The notes beneath the pieces are model-generated. The model was not told where the DNA came from. It ran no database searches and saw only the letters and a list, made by a program, of their open reading frames with translations. Below are positions 38,149 through 46,471 of a stretch of DNA of 54,748 bases, piece after piece. Numbering within the stretch: the stretch's first letter is position 1; every line of letters begins with the position of its first letter. The stretch covers positions 1-54,748 of IMG/VR virus record IMGVR_UViG_3300044798_000072; one strand, 5' to 3'. Position numbers and translations under genes: made by a program. This stretch comes from a virus. Lineage: Duplodnaviria; Caudoviricetes.

Positions 38149-38856
38149 ATGAAAAAGACACTTGGCGAACTTATCGAACCCGGATTTAGCCACTATCGAA
38201 GCATCGGCGAACTGGCGCGCACGCTCCAATTCCTGATGTCCACGGCGCACACATTCCGCGACCCAGGCCGCTGGGGAACTTCCGGCCCGCAAGAATATCT
38301 GTGCGCCTACGGCGGATGCGTGAACTGCGACACCCAGCCGTGGCACAGTGGCCGGATCGTCTCAACAAATCCCCATGTGGTCGAGACAACCACATGGCAG
38401 CAAAACCAAGACAGCATCCGCGACTGCATCCTCGACGCGCTCTGCTCACGCTATCCGGCGGAACTGCGCTGGCGGAAGCGGCACAAAATCAGTCTCGACA
38501 CGCTGCTGAAATTCCCGATGGCTTATCAGAATCAGGACAACGAAAAAAAGGTGTGGGAGCAACCGATGGGGCTTGGACTCGGCGGGACATTCGTGCCATG
38601 CGTCGAACCGATACTATTCTGCCGACGCGGAAACCTGCCCGCAAAACGCCGAATGGATCGCAACTGGTGGGGGTGGCCGCGTGGACGGCACAGCCAAAAA
38701 CCAGAAGCGTTTCAGACGATGGTGGAGTCAGTAAGTCCCGGCCCATACTTGGAAATGTTTGCTCGACGCAAGCGGGAAGGCTGGGCGGCGTGGGGCAATG
38801 AAATAACCAGTGACCTAAAAATGCAGAACATTGGCGCTGAGGCGCGCGACCTATGA
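38149..38856 (+). CDS. Chimeric protein with C-terminal half of an MT-A70 adenine methyltransferase
   Basis: GLG...EPILFCRRG, HSQKPE, YLEMFAR, GWAAWGNE present; catalytic DPPW absent. Confidence 0.7.
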   Translation: MKKTLGELIEPGFSHYRSIGELARTLQFLMSTAHTFRDPGRWGTSGPQEYLCAYGGCVNCDTQPWHSGRIVSTNPHVVETTTWQQNQDSIRDCILDALCSRYPAELRWRKRHKISLDTLLKFPMAYQNQDNEKKVWEQPMGLGLGGTFVPCVEPILFCRRGNLPAKRRMDRNWWGWPRGRHSQKPEAFQTMVESVSPGPYLEMFARRKREGWAAWGNEITSDLKMQNIGAEARDL

Positions 38857-38926
38857 CAACCGCAAACGAAAATGCTCCCGGCAAACCTGAAGGCGTAATC
38901 ACGTCGCCTCCAGCAACTTGTTCGGT
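38823..38926 (-). repeat. attC-like site 5
   Basis: GCAGAAC..gctgaggcg / cgcctccagc-aactt-GTTCGGT. Confidence 0.8.
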
Positions 38927-39101
38927 GGCTTGGTGGATCGTATTGAGGCCACCAGAAAAGTGGGCGCGCGGCGAATTCAGCCACAGTCCGATGCCAATAG
39001 CCGCATTCATAAGTGAACGGATGGCGAAGGAATGGATAGCGTCCGCAGCGCACAGATACCGTGATATAATTCAGCCACCGAATGAGAAAGTTCAGATATG
39101 A
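38853..39101 (+). CDS. Cassette 5 hypothetical protein
   Basis: ATG in attC5, ATGA overlaps at both ends. Confidence 0.65.
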   Translation: MTTANENAPGKPEGVITSPPATCSVAWWIVLRPPEKWARGEFSHSPMPIAAFISERMAKEWIASAAHRYRDIIQPPNEKVQI

Positions 39102-39207
39102 GCGACCAAAATCACAAGCACTTTTATATTTACGGGCGATGCCAATGCGGGCAAGTCCAACCGAACTACAACGCGCAGAGCGAATTATCTGCAACGCCTT
39201 GTTCGGC
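39077..39207 (-). repeat. attC-like site 6
   Basis: ACCGAAT..gttcagata / tatctgcaac-gcctt-GTTCGGC. Confidence 0.7.
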
Positions 39208-39343
39208 GTGGGTGACGGCGATCTGGCGTGAATCGTTTCGTTGTGAACACACCTCGCTATTGGTGTTTTGTAGCTGGTTAACAGCAATGGGAAAGCTGCA
39301 AGCATCGGGCTGGCCTGTGCATTTTGAGGGCCGTGAACAATGA
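39098..39343 (+). CDS. Cassette 6 hypothetical protein
   Basis: ATG in attC6. Confidence 0.5.
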   Translation: MSDQNHKHFYIYGRCQCGQVQPNYNAQSELSATPCSAWVTAIWRESFRCEHTSLLVFCSWLTAMGKLQASGWPVHFEGREQ

Positions 39344-39344
39344 C

Positions 39345-39476
39345 GCCGAACGCCAAGCTCACTGACCGGAGCGCCAAATGACAATTTCGCCACACGCACC
39401 CCGCAACCAGGCACCGCGACCGGCGCTGTCTGAACTGGAAGCGCAAGCTCCGGTTCAGTGCAGCGCCGGGTTAGCC
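39345..39476 (-). repeat. attC-like site 7
   Basis: GCCGAAC-gccaa-gctcactgaccggagc / gctccggttcagtgcagc-gccgg-GTTAGCC. Confidence 0.9.
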
Positions 39477-39704
39477 TGCATTTCGACGGCGATGGTGGCG
39501 AAACATAAAGGCTGCCCGGAGCTAAAACCGTGTAAGCACTGCGGCTACTCGCCGGTGAGGATTGACACGACATTTGCGAACGGCTCGAAAGCCTTCGCCT
39601 TCGGATGCCCGAATGAGGAATGCAACCCGCGAGGCCGGCATTCGGTCTTGATGCCATCGAAGCGGGAAGCAGCAGCCGCATGGAATTACGCCAATGCAGG
39701 CTAA
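39378..39704 (+). CDS. Lar-like restriction alleviation Zn-finger protein
   Basis: LKPCKHCG...CPNEEC...AAAAWN. Confidence 0.7.
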   Translation: MTISPHAPRNQAPRPALSELEAQAPVQCSAGLACISTAMVAKHKGCPELKPCKHCGYSPVRIDTTFANGSKAFAFGCPNEECNPRGRHSVLMPSKREAAAAWNYANAG

Positions 39705-39826
39705 CGATCAAGCTCACGCGCAGCCACTTGTGAGCGAGACAGGAAAATGAAACCAACAACCAAATTACTGCGACGCACGACAAAACCGAGGGGCGAGTGG
39801 CTGTTGCGTGCAGCGCGGTGTTAGAC
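39699..39826 (-). repeat. attC-like site 8
   Basis: GGCTAAC..gctcacgcgcagccac / gtggctgttgcgtgcagc-gcggt-GTTAGAC. Confidence 0.9.
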
Positions 39827-39831
39827 GACCT

Positions 39832-40104
39832 ATGACGAGAGAAATCATAATACAACCAGTGCTCAACGGCTACGTGTGTGTCGTTGGATGTCAGCGCGTC
39901 GCGTTCACTGACAAGCAAACGATGCTGGGGCAACTCAGCGAATACCTCGACAAGCCCGATGAAGTGGAACAACGCTACATCGAACGTGCCGTGAACAAAA
40001 TGCCAGCGGTGCCGCAACCGTGCAGGCCAACCGACTGCTGTGAGTCAAGCGCGCCCACGCCGTCCGTAACGATGGGACGTGTGGAAGAACGCCGGCCACG
40101 ATAA
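39832..40104 (+). CDS. Cassette 8 hypothetical protein
   Basis: MTREIIIQPVLNGYVCVVGCQ... Confidence 0.7.
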   Translation: MTREIIIQPVLNGYVCVVGCQRVAFTDKQTMLGQLSEYLDKPDEVEQRYIERAVNKMPAVPQPCRPTDCCESSAPTPSVTMGRVEERRPR

Positions 40105-40138
40105 CACAAATGACGACCAGGCTCGCAAGGGTCTGGTC

Positions 40139-40430
40139 GTCTAACGACGGAGCTATGCCGCGCCGTCAAACTAAATAAAAATATGGAAAATCCAAAACTT
40201 CTAGCCTGCCCGTTCTGTGGCAGCGAAGTGACGCTCAAAGATACCGGCAATGACGCCGGATACCGATGGCTCGTGCGCTGCGATAATGCGCTCTGCATGG
40301 TCAACCCATTCGCACGGGCAAAAAGCCTAGATGCGACAATGGCAATCTGGAACCAAAGGGCAGGCGGTCGAAAACCAGCGCCGCCCGAAACCGAGACCGT
40401 AAAGGCGTTGGCATCAGCGACTGGTTCTAC
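40139..40430 (-). repeat. attC-like site 9 with ~240-nt coding loop
   Basis: GTCTAAC..gctatgccgcgcc / ggcgttggcatcagc-gactg-GTTCTAC. Confidence 0.75.
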
Positions 40431-40656
40431 CGCTGGCTACGACTGGACTGTGATGTGCGATAAATTGCCACCGCACTGCGTCAGGGTGATGACCTATTCA
40501 CCACAACCAATCGGTGCGCGGCAGAATCTTACGGACGGAGTAGCCATCCTATGCTGGAACGCTCACGAACAACGATGGTGCGATGACAACGGGGAGACAT
40601 CCATGTTCAAACCGACAGCCTGGTGGCCAATAACCATCCCAACTAAAAAGCGGTAG
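40183..40656 (+). CDS. Lar-like Zn finger fused to DUF551-like domain
   Basis: ACPFCG...CDNALC...IWNQR then WTVMCDKLP...PTAWWPI. Confidence 0.75.
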   Translation: MENPKLLACPFCGSEVTLKDTGNDAGYRWLVRCDNALCMVNPFARAKSLDATMAIWNQRAGGRKPAPPETETVKALASATGSTAGYDWTVMCDKLPPHCVRVMTYSPQPIGARQNLTDGVAILCWNAHEQRWCDDNGETSMFKPTAWWPITIPTKKR

Positions 40657-40746
40657 AACACCCAAGCTGAGCGATGACGCCACTACCAACATCCGATTGC
40701 AAACAAGAGCGCCAAGGCGTCATTCGCTCCAGCGCCCTTGTTAGGC
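40653..40746 (-). repeat. attC-like site 10
   Basis: GTAGAAC..gctgagcgatgacgc / gcgtcattcgctccagc..GTTAGGC. Confidence 0.9.
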
Positions 40747-41513
40747 ATCTTGTCCTATTTTCAGGAGGTCTTGTCTCTTGGGCGACAGCAAAGCGCGTGG
40801 TAGCAGCCCACGGCACGGATGGCGTAGTGCTGCTGTTCGCTGACACGATGATGGAAGATGAAGACCTGTATCGCTTCATAGTCCAAGCCGCCGAAAATGT
40901 CGGCGTGCCGCTGACTCGAATCGCGGACGGTCGCAACCCGTGGGAAGTCATGCGCGATGAACGAATCATCGGCGGCGGAATGACTGGCGCTGATCCATGC
41001 AGCAAAATACTGAAACGCCAACTGCTCGACCGATGGACGCGGGAAAACTGCCAGCCGGAAACGGTTTCTCATGTGGGACTCGACTGGACAGAGCATCACC
41101 GGCTAGACCGGATGCGCGTGAGGATGCCGGAACGCAAATGGTCTGCGCCGATGACAGAAGCTCCCTACATGACGAAGCCGCAAATGATGGCGTGGCTGAA
41201 ATCGGAAGGCATCGAACCTCCGAGACTCTACAAAATGGGATTCCCGCACAACAACTGCGGCGGCTTCTGCATCAAAGCCGGTCAAGCTCACTTCGAGCTA
41301 CTGCTGCGGATGATGCCAGACCGCTACGCTTACCACGAACAGAAGGAAGAAGAAATGAGACAGATGCTCGGAAAAGACTATGCCGTGCTGCGCGAACAGC
41401 GCGACGGAAACAAATTCCCGCTCACGCTGCGGAAGCTGCGCGAGCGGATTCAGTCACAAGGCTCATTCGACCAATTCGAGTGGGGCGGCTGTGGCTGCGC
41501 GATAGATGCCTAA
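40674..41513 (+). CDS. PAPS-reductase-like (PP-loop, Cys-cluster) phage protein
   Basis: FSGGLVS, FADTMMEDEDLYRF, CSKILK, HNNCGGFCIKAG, GGCGC. Confidence 0.8.
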   Translation: MTPLPTSDCKQERQGVIRSSALVRHLVLFSGGLVSWATAKRVVAAHGTDGVVLLFADTMMEDEDLYRFIVQAAENVGVPLTRIADGRNPWEVMRDERIIGGGMTGADPCSKILKRQLLDRWTRENCQPETVSHVGLDWTEHHRLDRMRVRMPERKWSAPMTEAPYMTKPQMMAWLKSEGIEPPRLYKMGFPHNNCGGFCIKAGQAHFELLLRMMPDRYAYHEQKEEEMRQMLGKDYAVLREQRDGNKFPLTLRKLRERIQSQGSFDQFEWGGCGCAIDA

Positions 41514-41606
41514 CGTATGAGCCAAGCCACAGCCAACCAGAAACCGTCAACCGCGATAGCGGATGCTGGACGCCCGATGGCTGTTGGCTTCGGCGATTTG
41601 TTCGGC
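41508..41606 (-). repeat. attC-like site 11
   Basis: GCCTAAC..gccaagccacagcca / tggctgttggcttcggc-gattt-GTTCGGC. Confidence 0.85.
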
Positions 41607-41861
41607 ATCGTGCTGTCGGTCCGCGAGTCTGCAATAGTGAAACTTCTCTCGGAGGGCATGACCGTAAAAGAGATCGCCCTCAATCTCAAAATCTCGAATA
41701 AGACCGTCGAGTTCCACTCCCTGCGAGCGCGCCGGAAAATCGGTAATCTATCCATTGCTGTGATGACTCGGTTCGCAATCATAAATGGACTGAGTGAACT
41801 TACGATGCCGAACAGAGAGATAACCAACACAAAATCCGACTCTAAATCCACAAATGCCTAG
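41517..41861 (+). CDS. LuxR-type HTH protein
   Basis: LSVRESAIVKLLSEGMTVKEIALNLKISNKTVEFH. Confidence 0.85.
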   Translation: MSQATANQKPSTAIADAGRPMAVGFGDLFGIVLSVRESAIVKLLSEGMTVKEIALNLKISNKTVEFHSLRARRKIGNLSIAVMTRFAIINGLSELTMPNREITNTKSDSKSTNA

Positions 41862-42138
41862 ACGTTATACAGATAGGGATAGGCAACTTGCAACGCACGC
41901 AAGGGCTAGAATACGAATATCCGCGCCTGATTTCAGCAGCGCGTCTCGTCGGAAAGTTCGTATGCCACGCGGCAGGATCAGGTTCACGCTTACGCTGGAA
42001 GATCACCAGATTGGGGACAAGATGAGATTGGGCCTGTTCGCGCTTCCGTGGCGGGGAAGATTTGTATCAACCGACGGCCAGCAGTTGAGCGCGGTCAAGA
42101 TTATATCAGCGGTCAACACCGTTCTTTGCCATGATTGA
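41854..42138 (+). CDS. Hypothetical protein
   Basis: 94 aa, overlapping starts/stops. Confidence 0.55.
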   Translation: MPRRYTDRDRQLATHARARIRISAPDFSSASRRKVRMPRGRIRFTLTLEDHQIGDKMRLGLFALPWRGRFVSTDGQQLSAVKIISAVNTVLCHD

Positions 42139-42388
42139 GTCCAAGCTAAAATCAGCCGCGCTGGAGTTCAGTCGAAAGTCCGGCATTCGTCCTGCCGTGC
42201 TGGTTCAAGAGGCGATGCAGATTGGGGCGAGCATTGCCCTGGAACACGCCGTCACGAAGGTTAAGAACGAAACCAAGCTGCGCCAGCGGTTGAACCGAAT
42301 TGGACTGCAAGACGGCGGGGAGAAAAGCGGGAGTTTGGTGATTGAGGAATTGGAAAATAAATCGTTGACAAATGGGGCGGTAGGATAG
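42131..42388 (+). CDS. Hypothetical protein
   Basis: 85 aa. Confidence 0.6.
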   Translation: MIESKLKSAALEFSRKSGIRPAVLVQEAMQIGASIALEHAVTKVKNETKLRQRLNRIGLQDGGEKSGSLVIEELENKSLTNGAVG

Positions 42389-42739
42389 AACTTAAAGCAT
42401 CGCATATTTTATGCGGTCAGAGCTTTTGAGATGGCCCTGTGAACGCAGTTGAAAATGAACCTAACGAAATTTCAAGTCCGTTGCTGTTGGCGACCTTGCC
42501 AAAAAGCTGAAAGGCTCTGCGACATCTCAACGCCAACGGCAGCGGTCTTGAGCTTTTGATTTTATGGATAAATCTCTTTTTGGGTTTCGGATTTACACAA
42601 GCGATTCTGGAAATGTTGTGATAACACAGGATACAGGCCGTGAGGAAAACGTTGTTATTTTGAAGCCAGAGCAAATACCATTGCTTGTTTCATGGCTCAA
42701 AGAAGCGGCGTCTGAAATTTACACCCCGGAGGAAAGGCA

Positions 42740-43426
42740 ATGACCTTTCAAATCAAAGACTGGAACTCTCACTTTGAGAATGACCGCAGCCGACAGCGGG
42801 CTAATTGTTCCTTCGTATGCGTCCCAAACAAGCAGCACGGGATGGGATTCTGCCGCATCATGGCTGAACAGGACGGCGCGGCAATTTATGGAATATGGCA
42901 TTGTATTGTCGGAGCCTGTTCCCAACAGAAGCATCGTGACGGTTGGCTAACCGCAGACGGTGACATGGCGGGGAGTCCGTGGGGAGTTGGCGACCTTGCG
43001 TTGAAATTCAGAAGGCCTGAAAAAGAGGTTGAAAGAGCGTTACAAGTGCTTTGTTCTGAAAAGGTTGGGTGGATTATTATACACGGTAACAGCCAAGTAA
43101 CCGCCGACTCACCGCCGACTCACCTAGAAGAGAAGGAAGGGAAAGAAGGAAGAGAAGAGAAAGAAGGCGCTAGCTCCCTCTCTGAAATACCTTCTTGGAA
43201 TGAATTTTGGGAATACTGCAAGTCTCCTCAATGCGGGATAGCGGCGGAATGGTTTGCGAAGGACAAATATCTTTCCGTGGATGATTGGTCTAAAAAGAGG
43301 GACTGGCGGAAGTTCGCGCTCCGAGTTCGCGGCTGGTGGGACAACGATGGCAGGCCGATGACGCCACCAAAAAAGAACGGTTCCGACACGGGGCCACAAA
43401 AATCATACCTTCAAAGGCCGGGATAA
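42740..43426 (+). CDS. Phage replication initiator
   Basis: IKDWNSHFEN N-terminus, EEKEGKEG linker, directly upstream of dnaB. Confidence 0.7.
   Translation: MTFQIKDWNSHFENDRSRQRANCSFVCVPNKQHGMGFCRIMAEQDGAAIYGIWHCIVGACSQQKHRDGWLTADGDMAGSPWGVGDLALKFRRPEKEVERALQVLCSEKVGWIIIHGNSQVTADSPPTHLEEKEGKEGREEKEGASSLSEIPSWNEFWEYCKSPQCGIAAEWFAKDKYLSVDDWSKKRDWRKFALRVRGWWDNDGRPMTPPKKNGSDTGPQKSYLQRPG
43100..43168 (+). other. Candidate replication origin inside initiator gene
   Basis: accgccgactc x2 tandem followed by purine-skewed tract, as in lambda O-type genes. Confidence 0.4.
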
Positions 43427-43427
43427 A

Positions 43428-44687
43428 ATGGAAACGAAACTACCGCCGCACAGCGCAGATGCAGAGCAGTTCGTCATAGGCTGCTGTCTGACGACGCCGG
43501 TTGAATCCGTTCCTGAATCCATTGGCCGAATTAACAGCGGCCACTTTTACGACCAGCGGAACAGAATCGTTTGGGAAGCGATGGCAACAATGCGGCCTGA
43601 CGAAGTGGACGCCATCACAGTGCGGCAGTATTTGAAGGGCTTTAAAAGTTCTGAAAAGATTGGCGGCGACCAATACCTTGCGCTGTGTCAGGACAAGGTT
43701 ACATCTTCCGCGATGCTCCCAGCCATGCTGGACATCCTCGTTGAGCAAAAGATTCGGCGGGACATCATTGCCACGGCGACAGAGGCGGAAATGGCGGCTT
43801 ACAGTCCCGGCAACGCGCTTGAAATTCTGGACACCATCGAAAGCAAAATCCTAAAAATCAGACCCGCACAGACCGAAGTCGTCGGCATCAAAGAACTGGT
43901 TCACGCCGCTATTGGCCGGATTGAATCCAAATTCCTGAACGGTGACAAAATAACCGGACTGGAAACCGGACTGGTTGACCTTGACCGGCTGACGGATGGA
44001 TTACACCCCTCTGAAATGCTGGTAATCGCCGCGCTGCCAAGCCGGGGCAAGACAGCCCTTGCCGTTAATATCGCAGTCCGGTCTGCGTTGGCCGGCGTCC
44101 CGGCGCTGATTCTTTCCGCAGAAATGCGCCCCGTGCAACTTGTCGTTCGGTCAATCTGTTCTGAATCCCGCGTCAATTTTCACCACGTCAAAGAGTCAGA
44201 CATGCCAGCCATGATGTCCGCTTGCACAAGGCTGTCCAATGCTCCGCTTTACATCGAGCGAGCCAGCGGGTTCACCATAGGACAAGTCAAGGCCATTGCC
44301 CGACGCCATCACCAAAAAAACGGCATCAAACTGATTGTGATTGATTACCAGCAGCGGCTTGTCGGCGAGGGGGACAATCAGGAACAGAAAATCGCGTCCA
44401 TTTCCAAGGGCGTGAAAGATATTGCGATGGAGTTGGACGTGCCGGTGATTCTGCTTTCACAGGTGAACAAGGACGGCGAGACGAAACACGCCCGCGCCAC
44501 AGCCGAGGACTGCGATTCATTATTTAAATTAGAAAATGAGGGGGAACTTAACCCGACGATTCAAACCGTAAAACTGATTGTTGAAAAATCACGCGACGGT
44601 CAAACCGGATACGTCATGCTGGAATTTTTCAAAGAATTTACCCGATTCGAGAATCGTTCGCCGGTTGATGAAAAGGACATTCCATGA
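43428..44687 (+). CDS. dnaB: Replicative DNA helicase
   Basis: PPHSADAE, AALPSRGKT, SAEM, IVIDY, LSQVN, KSRDG. Confidence 0.95.
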   Translation: METKLPPHSADAEQFVIGCCLTTPVESVPESIGRINSGHFYDQRNRIVWEAMATMRPDEVDAITVRQYLKGFKSSEKIGGDQYLALCQDKVTSSAMLPAMLDILVEQKIRRDIIATATEAEMAAYSPGNALEILDTIESKILKIRPAQTEVVGIKELVHAAIGRIESKFLNGDKITGLETGLVDLDRLTDGLHPSEMLVIAALPSRGKTALAVNIAVRSALAGVPALILSAEMRPVQLVVRSICSESRVNFHHVKESDMPAMMSACTRLSNAPLYIERASGFTIGQVKAIARRHHQKNGIKLIVIDYQQRLVGEGDNQEQKIASISKGVKDIAMELDVPVILLSQVNKDGETKHARATAEDCDSLFKLENEGELNPTIQTVKLIVEKSRDGQTGYVMLEFFKEFTRFENRSPVDEKDIP

Positions 44688-44880
44688 AGCGCGACCCAAA
44701 ATCCCCCTGGCCCGGTGGCTACGCTCAATTCCGGCGTGAGATTACCGCTGAGATTAACGCCAAGTTCCGCGCCTTGCAGATTTGGGACGAGATTTGCCTG
44801 TCAGCCGTGTCAAGGCACGGCGGGGACAGGGGACAGAAGAAAGAAAGGAATCAATTTCAGTAAACAACAAAACACCAACT

Positions 44881-45561
44881 ATGAAAAACACCAAACCAAA
44901 AATCGAAACCAAATCGGTCAAACACACGTTCACGCCCGAAGAAATAATGCAACTCAACGGCGATTTTCGCCGTTCGTATGACTCGCTTAAATCCGTTGAA
45001 GCGGAATTCGACAGTGTGAAAGCAACATACAAAGCCAAAACTACTGAGGCGGAGAGCCGCATGGAAACCCTGTCAGCCACACTCAACGCCGGGTTTGAAA
45101 TGCGGCAGGAAAAGTGCCGCGTTGTCCTTACGCCGAAGGAATCCAAGAAGTATTACTTTTTGGAGGCGTCCCCGGAAGATTCGGAGCCTGTATTGATCGA
45201 GCCAATGACTCCCGCAGACTTTCAGGCCGAGTTGATTGAAGCTGAAGGAAAGTTTGAACTACGTGAAGAAATTCCGCTGTTCGCCGCGCTTGGTGAAAAC
45301 AGCAGCGACAACGGCACGCTTATCATTGGCCGGCTCAACAAGCTCTGGTATGCCGCGCTCCGCGTTAACATCGGAACCAGAATTCTTGGAGAGCGGCTAG
45401 ACAGTGAACAGCCCGCCAATAAGAAACGCTTTGATGCCGTTAAACGCGGCTGCAAACGCTTCGATGAATGGGTGACGGAAAATCTTGGCAAGGACGAAGC
45501 AAAAGGTTTTCAAAACGGAATAGCGGACGTTTTAGAGAAGCACAAAGAACGCGAGGAATAA
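44881..45561 (+). CDS. Hypothetical coiled-coil protein
   Basis: Start MKNTKPK; TAATG overlap with next gene. Confidence 0.65.
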   Translation: MKNTKPKIETKSVKHTFTPEEIMQLNGDFRRSYDSLKSVEAEFDSVKATYKAKTTEAESRMETLSATLNAGFEMRQEKCRVVLTPKESKKYYFLEASPEDSEPVLIEPMTPADFQAELIEAEGKFELREEIPLFAALGENSSDNGTLIIGRLNKLWYAALRVNIGTRILGERLDSEQPANKKRFDAVKRGCKRFDEWVTENLGKDEAKGFQNGIADVLEKHKEREE

Positions 45562-46055
45562 TGTTATCCGCTGATTTCAATTCTACAATGCGGGCGAAAG
45601 GTTTCGCCCAAAACGAAGCTGGCGAGTGGGTGAAAGTTTCATCCAGTCCGCTCGCCAGCGTTTCAAATACTCAACCAGAAGTGTCCCTTGTCATCACCGG
45701 ACAGATTCGCGGCGGAAAGAACAATATGATTGTGACCCGAACGGGTATGCACTTTCCGAAACCTGAGTGGGCGAAGTGGCGCGATAACGCTGTTGCTGAA
45801 ATCAAGCGTCAGTTGCCACCATGTTTCAAGCCGTTGGACGTTCCGATCAATATGCGTCTGAATTACATTGCTGGCGACAAGCGGCGTCGGGACATGCCCG
45901 CAATCTTGGATTCAATATTTCATGTAGTCGAGCGGGCGGGAGTTGTAACAGATGATTCCCTGATATGGGTTGTGGAATCCAGCCGCAGCTACGACAAAGA
46001 GCATCCAATGGCAATTATGTATTTAACCGCAACCAAACAGGAGAATAAAAAATGA
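45561..46055 (+). CDS. rusA: RusA-like Holliday junction resolvase
   Basis: GGKNN, DKRRRD, GVVTDD. Confidence 0.75.
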   Translation: MLSADFNSTMRAKGFAQNEAGEWVKVSSSPLASVSNTQPEVSLVITGQIRGGKNNMIVTRTGMHFPKPEWAKWRDNAVAEIKRQLPPCFKPLDVPINMRLNYIAGDKRRRDMPAILDSIFHVVERAGVVTDDSLIWVVESSRSYDKEHPMAIMYLTATKQENKK

Positions 46056-46285
46056 AATCACCATTGTCATCTGACCGATTGCAAAAGTGCCTTGCCGCGC
46101 TTCGGGGCGCGGGAGAACAAGGCATCACGCCGATTGAACTCAACAACCAGTGCGGGTCAACCCGTGCGACCAGTGACGTGTCGGAGTTGCGCCAGTGGGG
46201 TATCCCAATCGAGAAGAATTACGTTGGCGTGACGGCGAACAAACGAAGGCTGTTCCGATACCGCCTTTCAACCGCGAGTGCGTAG
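46052..46285 (+). CDS. Winged HTH protein
   Basis: ITPIEL...VSELRQWGIPI...YRL. Confidence 0.7.
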   Translation: MKSPLSSDRLQKCLAALRGAGEQGITPIELNNQCGSTRATSDVSELRQWGIPIEKNYVGVTANKRRLFRYRLSTASA

Positions 46286-46288
46286 GGT

Positions 46289-46471
46289 ATGAACAAGAAA
46301 ACCACCATTGAAGTTGAATCCGAACAAACCGCTTGGGAATGGTTTGCACAAGCACACCCCCATGAAGCATACGCCACTTGGCCGAATCGGTTTTGGGAAT
46401 TTTTCCAAAGCCGATGTCCCAACACAAGCCGCGCCCAAATGGAGAAAACCCTGAAGGAAACAGCCGAATGA
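46289..46471 (+). CDS. Hypothetical protein
   Basis: 60 aa, operon packing. Confidence 0.55.
   Translation: MNKKTTIEVESEQTAWEWFAQAHPHEAYATWPNRFWEFFQSRCPNTSRAQMEKTLKETAE

Larger units (their letters stand above)
37113..41813 (-). mobile_element. Integron-like cassette array: 11 attC-type sites, no integrase (CALIN-like), genes on opposite strand
   Basis: Repeated AAC-N5-arm...arm-N5-GTT hairpins with extrahelical C and T; ten of 11 units bounded by complementary ends. Confidence 0.88.

Noticed and set aside
38489-40017. Long minus-strand ORFs (173, 244, 283 aa) as canonical cassette genes
   Set aside because: They cross several attC sites, are Arg/Ser-rich shadow frames, and the plus strand has recognisable domains
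37113-41813. CRISPR, REP or simple terminator explanation for the hairpins
   Set aside because: Sequences are not identical repeats, lack U-tracts, and show AAC/GTT boxes, bulges and unit-specific complementary ends
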